Part shown: positions 7,163 to 14,747 of the stretch, piece after piece
Layout: each line of letters begins with the position of its first letter
How positions within the stretch are numbered: the first letter of the stretch is position 1
Source of the DNA: Acidimicrobiales bacterium
Lineage (GTDB): Bacteria; Actinomycetota; Acidimicrobiia; Acidimicrobiales; CADCTF01
NCBI GenBank assembly: GCA_046596935.1
Contig: JBKJLN010000350.1
Coordinates: 1 to 34,027 of the forward strand
Direction of reading: 5' to 3'
DNA: 34,027 bases
Made by a program: the position numbers and the translations under genes
The notes under the pieces: generated by a model
Database searches by the model: none
What the model was told of the DNA's origin: nothing
The model's input: only the letters and a program-made list of their open reading frames with translations

Positions 7163-7731
7163 CACTCGGTGTCCTTCGTGAAGCTGGCGTTGACGCAGCC
7201 GGTGGCGGTTCCAGGCATGGCGTAGGCAGCGGCCCTGAGCAGGCTGGCAGGCCACCAGTTCGGACCCTGGGGGATGCCCGCCCGCCGACCGTCAGCCAGC
7301 GGGTCGTAGACGAGGAACGCTCCATCAGTCGAGCGACGCTCGTTGACGTAGACGGCGTGGGCTCCGGTGAAACCGGGGCTGCCGTCGAACTTCGTCGGTG
7401 CGATCACCGAGTAGCTGATCTGGGTGAGCGCTCCGCGTCCACTGATGACCAACGACTGATAGGTCGCCCACGGCACGCCATAGCGGACGAGCATGTCCGT
7501 CAGATACAGGTGAGTGGCCGCAGCGTCGTTCTCCTGGAGCGAGGTGCCGCCACAGGCCGTAGTGATGCGGTTGCGGATCTCGATCGGCATCGGAGGCCAG
7601 CCATGGTGGTTCTGAGGATCGATGCCTTTGCGGTGACGCTGTGATGCCATCGCTTGCGAGGCTGGTCCACAGTTGGTCCATTGGCAGCGCGATCCATCTC
7701 CTTGCTTCCGGAACGTCGGCCTGTACGTCAT
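7162..7731 (-). CDS. putative cell-wall hydrolase / endolysin (papain-like Cys-His peptidase fold, tentative)
   Basis: 189 aa. Candidate nucleophile in CQWTNCGPASQAMA and candidate His/Asp in GAHAVYVNE...GAFLVYDP. Sits between the tail genes and the holin-like gene. Confidence 0.5.
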   Translation of the reverse strand: MTYRPTFRKQGDGSRCQWTNCGPASQAMASQRHRKGIDPQNHHGWPPMPIEIRNRITTACGGTSLQENDAAATHLYLTDMLVRYGVPWATYQSLVISGRGALTQISYSVIAPTKFDGSPGFTGAHAVYVNERRSTDGAFLVYDPLADGRRAGIPQGPNWWPASLLRAAAYAMPGTATGCVNASFTKDTE

Positions 7732-7770
7732 GAGCTTCTTTCTCCGGTGACGAGTTTGGTCGTAGTTTAG

Positions 7771-9324
7771 CTACCCAGCCAGCGTCGCGATCACCCAAAG
7801 CTTGTCCGAAGCCCCAGGCGCAGTGACCATAGTGAACGAGCCAGCCGATGGGCTGGTCTCGGTGTAGTGAGTGCCACGGGTCTTCTGGATGCCGTTGACG
7901 AACACGCGCAGGGTTGTCCCGATGTACGAGAACGGGATGGTGAATGTGATCACCACGCCATTGGTTGCGGGCGACGGCTCGTCGCTGTAGTACGCCCCGT
8001 ACGTCGGCGAGGTCGTGGCGTTGGTGGCCGTCGAGAGCAACGAACCCGCAGCCTTGCGAGACGTGCTCGGCTGGATCGACCGAAGGAACGACCACAGCCA
8101 GTACGGGTCCGACATCAGGACTCCGAAGAAGCCCTCGAACTGGACCCAAGCCTTGGAGGGGGTAGTAGCCGCGTCCAGCTCCGGGAAGGTGATGCGGATC
8201 TGGCGGAGCGGCAGGTTCATCGTGAACGGAGTCGTTCCGCCATCGGTGGAGAACACCCACAGCTCGATCGGAACAATCTTGCCTGGGGTGATGTGCTGTC
8301 GCACTGATGCTGACGTGGGCACGTCATGGCTGAACCACGTACATCGGAACTGCTTCTCGGGATTGACCAGGCCCTTGCTGCCCTCGGCGAACGTCCCCGA
8401 CTGATTGCCATCGACGATCACCTTGGCGCGGGCTGTCACTTCGGACTGGATCTTGTAGTCGGCGTCGCCGACGTGCATCTCGGAGATCTGCCATCGGCCA
8501 TGAGTCGTCTGACTCGCAGCGTTCTCTCGTCGTGAGAAGACCACGTCTCCATTGGCTGCCCACTGTGAGCCGCCCCACACCAGCGCATCGTTGGCAATCG
8601 GGCTGGCGTCCTCGACCATCTCGCCATCCCTGAAGCCGCGCGTGGCGATCCCTGAGCTGTACGCCAGGTTGTTGGGCTTGTCCGAGAAGCCCCACGTGAT
8701 CAGGTCATTCTGGATCGGGAGGTAATAGAGCTGCTTGCTGGCGTTGATGTAGTAGATCGACCCGCCCTTCTCGCCGAGCTTCTCGATGACGTCCCGCATC
8801 TTCGTGCCCTGGGTGTCCCAGGTGTAGCCGGAGGTGAAGGTGTGGTTGGTCACGATCCGGGTGGCACTGGTGAAGTCGAAGCCTGCGGGGATGTCGAAGT
8901 AGGTCGGGAACCACGTCTTGATGATCGTGCTGTCCGTTGGACTGCCGGTCACACTCGGGATGTCCGTGGTGTAGGCGGAGGTGTTGCGCAGGACTCGCTT
9001 GTCGAACAGGATGTTGTAGTCCACGCCGGTCAGGACCCACTTGCGGCTCTTGACGCCCGACAACGGGTTGGTCTTGTCGGCCGGGAAGGCGTAGGTCCGA
9101 GTCGCCGCAGTCACCCACCCGCCACAGACCAGCGTCCCGTCAACGGTCAGGGTGAGTTCCTTGCCGGTGACGAAGGTTCGGCTCCGGTCGATGTCCCGCA
9201 CCGTGACCGTGAACGATCCCGGCATGGCCGCCATCTGCGCCTCGAAGGAGGTCTCCGCAAACAGAACGCTGCTGGTGATGTCCGTGCCGTTGTATTGGAT
9301 CAGGATGGTGCTGCCAGCAGGCAT
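7771..9324 (-). CDS. minor tail protein (hub/Tal-like N-terminal region, paralogous to the core of the 1355-aa protein)
   Basis: 517 aa. Start overlaps the upstream stop (TGATG). Shares ILIQYNGTDIT...TVTVRD...LTLTVDG.LVCGGWVT...RTYAFP...KWVLTGVDYNILFDKR...IYYI...HGRWQ with aa ~265-650 of the 1355-aa protein. Confidence 0.7.
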   Translation of the reverse strand: MPAGSTILIQYNGTDITSSVLFAETSFEAQMAAMPGSFTVTVRDIDRSRTFVTGKELTLTVDGTLVCGGWVTAATRTYAFPADKTNPLSGVKSRKWVLTGVDYNILFDKRVLRNTSAYTTDIPSVTGSPTDSTIIKTWFPTYFDIPAGFDFTSATRIVTNHTFTSGYTWDTQGTKMRDVIEKLGEKGGSIYYINASKQLYYLPIQNDLITWGFSDKPNNLAYSSGIATRGFRDGEMVEDASPIANDALVWGGSQWAANGDVVFSRRENAASQTTHGRWQISEMHVGDADYKIQSEVTARAKVIVDGNQSGTFAEGSKGLVNPEKQFRCTWFSHDVPTSASVRQHITPGKIVPIELWVFSTDGGTTPFTMNLPLRQIRITFPELDAATTPSKAWVQFEGFFGVLMSDPYWLWSFLRSIQPSTSRKAAGSLLSTATNATTSPTYGAYYSDEPSPATNGVVITFTIPFSYIGTTLRVFVNGIQKTRGTHYTETSPSAGSFTMVTAPGASDKLWVIATLAG

Positions 9325-12300
9325 CAGATCACCGGTCCGTTCGCCATGTAGCAGACCTGAACCACGTCAGTGGAGGTCACCGGACTGTTGAACGTGATCA
9401 GCCCGTTGGTGGTTCCAGCGGTGTACTCCCGAGCGATCCCAGGTCGCTGGAGCACGCCGTTGACCGTGACCTCGGTGGTGCCAGGCGAGATGGCGCTGGT
9501 GAGCTGGTACGTGGTCGAGGTGACCCGTGTCGGAACCTCGCAGATGTAGCCGAAGGTAGAACCCGAGGCGGGGAACACGTTGTTGGAGCATGTGTTCGTC
9601 AAGCGCAGGTTGTCGAGCTTGTAGGTCCCATTGGCGGATGGGAACACAGCCCAGTCACCGCGAACGAGAAGATCGGTGGGCGTGATAACCGATGCTGCCA
9701 CAGTGACTGTCCAAGACGACGGCTCCGTACTTCCAGCCCAAACCTTCAATCGCGATGTGCTTCCTTCCAACCACTCCCACTTCAGGTGGTAGATGGTTCC
9801 GGCGCTGATCGAGAACGCCACGTCGGTCGTGTCTAGTCGCGCGAACGATGCTCCGCTGCCATTCCAGAACAGACCGGCCGTGCGACTGTCGGCTCGGACG
9901 AAGAACTGGCTGTAGTCGGTGGGCAATACGGTGGTCAGGAAGTCGTACTCAACGATGAAACGGCTGCCAATGGTCGCCGCAAGGATCTTCTCCAGGTAGC
10001 CGTTGTTCTGAAGAACCATCACGCCAGACGAGCCATCGACCGAGTGCGAAACGTTGTTACCGCTCAGGCCGGTCGTCCATGCCGCGCCAGATGAAGATGT
10101 TCCCCAGCTCGGAGTTGACACGGATCGATTGAAGTCGTCCAACAGAGTCGAGGTGTCAGAGCAGTAGCACGGCTTCCCGGCGTAGTCGAAGTTGATGTAG
10201 TCCCACGTCTCGTTCGTCACGAGACTGCTGCTGCCGTCGAACCAATACTCGTCACCGGAGGCAAGAGAGCCGCCCCACGTGTCATCTGTGGCCCATGTCG
10301 CAGGCTCGGCGTCGGTCTCCTTCCAGAGCTTCATCCGGATGGACCCGACAACTGCTCCGACTTGCGGCAACAGCTCCCATTTGACGAGATACCACACGCC
10401 CGCGACCCAGTCGGTCTTGCTGACGGTCGAGCCGGACGTTCCGATGTATCCGTTCGTGTTGTTGGCGTACATGTCCAGATACGCCTGGATGGATGTACGA
10501 ACGATGTAGTGAGTGATCCCCACTCCAGCGAATCCGGTCGTGACTGCGCCAAGCTTGAACCGGCCCGTCATGGTCCAGCCACCAGCAGCCGTCCACGGTC
10601 CGGGACCGACGACCTTGTAGCTAATCCGGGAGTACGACGGGTAGGCTGCTGAGTGGGTCCGCACAGCTTCGGACCCGTTGCACGCGATCGAACCAGAAGT
10701 CAGCGTCGTAGCCACAGACCACGCATGTCCGTCTGAGGATGTCCCCAGCGATCCTGATGTCGTTCGGTTGAAGTTGTCGAAGCGGTACTCGGTGCAGCGG
10801 TTGACGCCTGTGACGTCGAGGTTGTCGATGAGTAGATTGACCTGGCTGCTGTTGACGGCGTTGGTCGTATTGCTGAACGAGATGTTGTTGGGGCTGTTGA
10901 TGACGGCCGTCCCGGTAATCACCAGCAACCATGACGCGGGCTCAGGGTTGCCGTCCTGCCAAAGCTTGACCCGAATAGAGGTCGAATCAACCTGAAGGCG
11001 GACGTTGTACCACGTGCTCGTGAAGATCGTGGTGGTAAGCGAGTTCTCGACCAGTGGCCCGGCATCCGCGTGGGCGATGTAGACCAGGCCGTTCCATGAC
11101 TGAATGACGAGGGTCGAGCCATTGGCCCCACCCACGACAACCATCTTGAGCGCGGCCGACATGTAGAACTGGAACTTGAAATCAGCCTCGTTGCTACCAG
11201 GGCCGCCGAAGTCGAAGAGCGCATTCTTGCCGTACTGGACAACGAGTTGAGTGCCATTGCAGTACGGCTTGGGAACAGTCGAGAACGAGCCCCAGATCTT
11301 GCCTGAGTCCGATGTCCCTGGGTCTGTCGTGGTAGTTCGGGTGAACGTGTCGGTGATCCCGCAGATGGCGTCGGTGCAGCCGCCAAGAGGTGGATCGAAC
11401 ACTGGAGGCTTGATGTTGATGTTGATGTCGGGGATCTTGATGTTGTAGTCGGGCATGCGGGCGAACAGCTCTTCGTAGATCGACCAGTTCTGGTCCACGT
11501 CATGAGAGAGGGTCAGATCGAAGACTGCCTTTGACGGGTTGATGAAGCTGATCTCCTGGCGGCGGACCGGCAGGACGTCGGTGTAGCCGAAGGTGTTGAC
11601 CTCGGTGGTGACCTTCTGACCGACGTTGAACGCAGGCTCGAACACTCGGCAGGTCAGACTGATGGCATCGTCCTTGCCGCCGCGCTTGTTCTGCGGCGTG
11701 CCATTGATGAAGGATGCGGCGACCAGGTTGGCTGATGCCTGCTGGTACAGCCCGCTGGTGACCATGCCGCCCTGCCATCGTCCATGATCCGTCTGGCTGG
11801 TGGTGCTCTGGTTCCTGGCGAAGACGATCCGATCCGAGCCCAGCGCCGATCCCCAGACGAGCATGTCGTTGAGCAGGTTCGTGCCGTTGTAGAGGAGCTG
11901 GAAGTTCTGGTAGCCCTTCTCTCCTGCGGCGGGCTGGTCCGACAGGACATATGAGGCCGTGGGCGTGTCCACATCGACGTAGTGCAGAACCTTGTTCGGG
12001 TCGATGTAGTAGATCGCTCCTGTGGCGCGGGCGATCACGTCCATGGCCTGCTTCCACGTGTAACCCGGAGAGGCAATCTGGCCGCGACCCTTGGTCAGCG
12101 AGCCCTTGCCCGACGTGATCCCCTTGATGTCGAGCGTCACCACAGCGACAGCGGTCACGCCTGATCGAGACAGGCCGTCGGTAGCGATGGTCAGGTAGTT
12201 GTCAAAGAGGTCATTGATGATGACGTTGTCGTAGGTCCCGACGGCGTAGTCCCACGACAGCTTGGTCGTGGGATTGACCGGGTCGAAGATGATCCGCTTG

Positions 12301-13391
12301 TTGAACAGGACGTTGTAGTCCACGCCACCGATCTGCCAGTAGCGCGGAGCGGTCGTCTGGATCGAGGTGTTCTCGACTGGGAACGGATAGACCCGCGAAG
12401 CGCTGGTGACGTAGCCGCCCCACATCCGCACGCCAGCGATGTCGAGGGTCAGAGATCCGCCAGACGTGAAGCGATAGACATGACCGTCATCGCGGACCTT
12501 GAGCGTCGCGGTGCCGGTGGCTCCGTTGACGACGGCACTGAACCGAGCGGTGGCGATGTCCACGTCACCCGTGATGTCCACGCCATTGACTCGGATGACG
12601 ATGTTCGTGGTCGAGGCCGAGCCTGGACGGGTGGAGGCGGGCAACCCTGTGCCGTTGGCATAGACCGAACCTGCTCCGCCAGAAGCCACACCGATGGCAG
12701 TAATCGCGGTGGTGCTGGAGATGAACCGCAACGGGGCGTAGGCGGTCCCTGTGCCAGTGGCGGCTTGGGCAAGGACGACGATCTTCGAGTCGGCGGCAGA
12801 GCCGGTGCCTGCGGCCACACCGGGAGAGACACCAGCGGAGCCGCGCGGCGTACTAGCTGCACCCGCACCAGCCGCCACACTGGCCTTGGGCTGGATCGAT
12901 ACCGAGCCGCCCTGCGCAGCGCCAGTCCCAGCCGCAGCCTCACTTGCTGACTGGGACGACGTCGAGACGTTGGCTGCCGTGCCAGTCCCGGCCGCAACAG
13001 AAGCAGTTGCAGCCACAGCGTCGGTGGCATTCGCGGCTGATCCGGTTCCCAGAGCGGCTTCGGCGTTGGCTGACACCAAGGTGCCAGTGGCGGCCGTGGC
13101 GTCATTGGCTGCGCCTGTTCCACTGGCCACGCCGACCACAGGTGCAGTGCTGACTGAGGTACCACTGGCTGTTCCAGTACCCGTTGCCACGTCGGCTGCG
13201 GGAGATGCGTTGATCGCAGCGTTCTGTGCTGCACCTGTTCCCGTTGCCACGACGATCGCAGGTGAGACCTGGATCGAGGCGTTCTGGGCCGCCCCGGTCC
13301 CGGTGGCTACTCCAGCGCTGGCGCTGGTTCCTGCACTCGGAGTATCGAAGATCCCCGAGTCGAAGATGCCAGGGTCGAAGATCCCTGCCAT
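9324..13391 (-). CDS. large multi-domain tail fibre / minor tail protein (1355 aa)
   Basis: Single clean 1355-aa ORF downstream of the tape measure. Architecture: GIFD x3 N-terminus, about ten 20-aa Ala/Gly/Thr repeats, hub-like core, three tandem beta-sandwich-like modules, small C-terminal beta module. Confidence 0.8.
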   Translation of the reverse strand: MAGIFDPGIFDSGIFDTPSAGTSASAGVATGTGAAQNASIQVSPAIVVATGTGAAQNAAINASPAADVATGTGTASGTSVSTAPVVGVASGTGAANDATAATGTLVSANAEAALGTGSAANATDAVAATASVAAGTGTAANVSTSSQSASEAAAGTGAAQGGSVSIQPKASVAAGAGAASTPRGSAGVSPGVAAGTGSAADSKIVVLAQAATGTGTAYAPLRFISSTTAITAIGVASGGAGSVYANGTGLPASTRPGSASTTNIVIRVNGVDITGDVDIATARFSAVVNGATGTATLKVRDDGHVYRFTSGGSLTLDIAGVRMWGGYVTSASRVYPFPVENTSIQTTAPRYWQIGGVDYNVLFNKRIIFDPVNPTTKLSWDYAVGTYDNVIINDLFDNYLTIATDGLSRSGVTAVAVVTLDIKGITSGKGSLTKGRGQIASPGYTWKQAMDVIARATGAIYYIDPNKVLHYVDVDTPTASYVLSDQPAAGEKGYQNFQLLYNGTNLLNDMLVWGSALGSDRIVFARNQSTTSQTDHGRWQGGMVTSGLYQQASANLVAASFINGTPQNKRGGKDDAISLTCRVFEPAFNVGQKVTTEVNTFGYTDVLPVRRQEISFINPSKAVFDLTLSHDVDQNWSIYEELFARMPDYNIKIPDININIKPPVFDPPLGGCTDAICGITDTFTRTTTTDPGTSDSGKIWGSFSTVPKPYCNGTQLVVQYGKNALFDFGGPGSNEADFKFQFYMSAALKMVVVGGANGSTLVIQSWNGLVYIAHADAGPLVENSLTTTIFTSTWYNVRLQVDSTSIRVKLWQDGNPEPASWLLVITGTAVINSPNNISFSNTTNAVNSSQVNLLIDNLDVTGVNRCTEYRFDNFNRTTSGSLGTSSDGHAWSVATTLTSGSIACNGSEAVRTHSAAYPSYSRISYKVVGPGPWTAAGGWTMTGRFKLGAVTTGFAGVGITHYIVRTSIQAYLDMYANNTNGYIGTSGSTVSKTDWVAGVWYLVKWELLPQVGAVVGSIRMKLWKETDAEPATWATDDTWGGSLASGDEYWFDGSSSLVTNETWDYINFDYAGKPCYCSDTSTLLDDFNRSVSTPSWGTSSSGAAWTTGLSGNNVSHSVDGSSGVMVLQNNGYLEKILAATIGSRFIVEYDFLTTVLPTDYSQFFVRADSRTAGLFWNGSGASFARLDTTDVAFSISAGTIYHLKWEWLEGSTSRLKVWAGSTEPSSWTVTVAASVITPTDLLVRGDWAVFPSANGTYKLDNLRLTNTCSNNVFPASGSTFGYICEVPTRVTSTTYQLTSAISPGTTEVTVNGVLQRPGIAREYTAGTTNGLITFNSPVTSTDVVQVCYMANGPVI
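12725..13320 (-). repeat. about ten tandem 60-nt (20-aa) coding repeats, consensus VA(T/S)GTG(A/T/S)A...
   Basis: Examples of units: VATGTGAAQNASIQVSPAIV / VATGTGAAQNAAINASPAAD / VATGTGTASGTSVSTAPVVG / ... / ATGTGTAYAPLRF, read directly from the translation. Confidence 0.8.
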
Positions 13392-13400
13392 GGGTTAGGT

Positions 13401-14747
13401 CTAGCCGATCCGGACGGCAGTGATGTTGCGCGCCCAGCGAGGATCAGCGGCGAGTCCGAAGGTGGCCGTGCCAGTCTCGCGGGCGTACTTCAGGCGAACG
13501 GTCTGCGTACCACCAGCCGTGACGTAGAAGCCAGACACCTGTGCCGGTCCGCCGTCCCGTCCGTCGCGGGTGAACCCGAAGTCCGCAGCCAGCTCATCTG
13601 AATACAGCTTGATTGCTCCGTCTGCCGTCCCGTTCACAAAGTAGTCGCCCATGACGTGGTACGTCCCGGCGACAAATGTCCCGGTCAAAACAGCCAGATC
13701 GGCCGCTGCCGACAGAGTCTGAACCGCTGCGTTCTGGACGGTGAGGTAGCTGGCGGCCTTCTGCGGCAGGGCGTCGATCCTGACGATCTCAAAGTGAGTG
13801 CGAGCCGAAACCCCGGCATTCAGCGTACCGGCAGTCTGGTACACCTGAAGCTCAACGTAGTCCCCGGCGACGAGGTCGTAGACCGTCGTGGCAGGTAGCG
13901 TATGGTCAACTGCTGAGTCAACGTCGAGCCTCGTCCAGGCGATCTCTCCTGATCCGTTGAGCAGGAGGCGAACGATGCGCTCGCCCGACGCACTGGCCTC
14001 GAAATCAACCGAAGCGTTCAACAGGTACTTGCCGCCCAAGCCAGCCGGGATGGTCATCCGTGACGTGTTGGTGCTGGTCGAGTGGAAGCCATCGGTGTCG
14101 AAGTTCTCGACCGCCAGTCCAACACTGGTGAACGTCGAGGTCGCGGTTGACGTGGCGGCGTTCGAGTACGCCCGCGCTCCGACTGCTGCGCCGACCTTGC
14201 CAGCGTCGAGCCTGGTGAGCGAGGCCGAGACTGTTTCGGAGCCGGAGGCCGCTCCGAGCGTTCGCGAGCTGCCGCTGTCCTGGTAAACGGTCAGTTCGAC
14301 GTAGTCCCCTGCCGCGAGATCGACGACCACCGAAAGGGAGTAGCTGTTGTTGTAGCCAATCGTCGGAGTAGACGAAAGAACGGACCCTTTGATATTTGCA
14401 CCGTTCTTGTTCCATGTCGTCTGTCTCAACCCAGCCGTGTTCGTGTCCCACCGCAGGTAGCCATTCAACAGGTACTTCCCGCCCAGCCCGGTCGGGATCG
14501 TGAACCGGCCGGTGTTGGTCGAAATCGAGTGGAAGCCGTCCGTGTCGAAGTCCTCGGAGCCGAACAAGACGATCACAGAGGTTACGTTCGCGATGGCCTG
14601 AGTGCCATCGTTATAGATTTTCGCCCCGATGAAGCCGTACGGAATGTCGCCCACAACTGTGTGACCTGCGTTCCACTCGGCCTTGTGGATCTCGCCCGTG
14701 CCTGCGTTGGTGCCGACCGCGACGGTAGCGTGGGTGACGGTTGCCAT
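13401..14747 (-). CDS. tail protein with three tandem C1q/TNF-like jelly-roll repeats (receptor-binding candidate)
   Basis: 448 aa. The ATG directly follows the tape measure stop, with GGGAGG upstream. Repeats at aa ~38-181, ~187-325 and ~331-448. The first two share FDTDGFHS.STNT.R.TIP.GLGGKYLLN....DL.AGDYVEL.VYQ; the third is degenerate (TGTFVAGTYHVMGDYFV...TQTVRLKY). Confidence 0.65.
   Translation of the reverse strand: MATVTHATVAVGTNAGTGEIHKAEWNAGHTVVGDIPYGFIGAKIYNDGTQAIANVTSVIVLFGSEDFDTDGFHSISTNTGRFTIPTGLGGKYLLNGYLRWDTNTAGLRQTTWNKNGANIKGSVLSSTPTIGYNNSYSLSVVVDLAAGDYVELTVYQDSGSSRTLGAASGSETVSASLTRLDAGKVGAAVGARAYSNAATSTATSTFTSVGLAVENFDTDGFHSTSTNTSRMTIPAGLGGKYLLNASVDFEASASGERIVRLLLNGSGEIAWTRLDVDSAVDHTLPATTVYDLVAGDYVELQVYQTAGTLNAGVSARTHFEIVRIDALPQKAASYLTVQNAAVQTLSAAADLAVLTGTFVAGTYHVMGDYFVNGTADGAIKLYSDELAADFGFTRDGRDGGPAQVSGFYVTAGGTQTVRLKYARETGTATFGLAADPRWARNITAVRIG

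Noticed and set aside
7325-8260. 311-aa minus-strand ORF inside the 517-aa tail gene
   Set aside because: It lies on the same strand in a different frame, is Arg/Pro/His-rich and has no RBS context. The 517-aa frame has clear paralogy to the 1355-aa protein.
12725-13320. Regular ~60-nt periodicity considered as a CRISPR-like array
   Set aside because: The units are degenerate and contiguous with no unique spacers. They sit in-frame inside a long ORF and form a protein repeat.
12449-13398. 261-aa (-) and 215-aa (+) ORFs over the fibre repeat region
   Set aside because: These are shadow ORFs produced by the GC-rich, stop-poor Ala/Gly/Thr repeats. Pro/Arg-rich or poly-Ala/Pro translations with no independent start context.
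13401-14747. Diversity-generating retroelement target (variable repeat) in the receptor-binding candidate
   Set aside because: No reverse transcriptase gene and no near-identical template repeat with adenine-specific differences were seen in the window. The internal repeats are diverged duplications at all base types.
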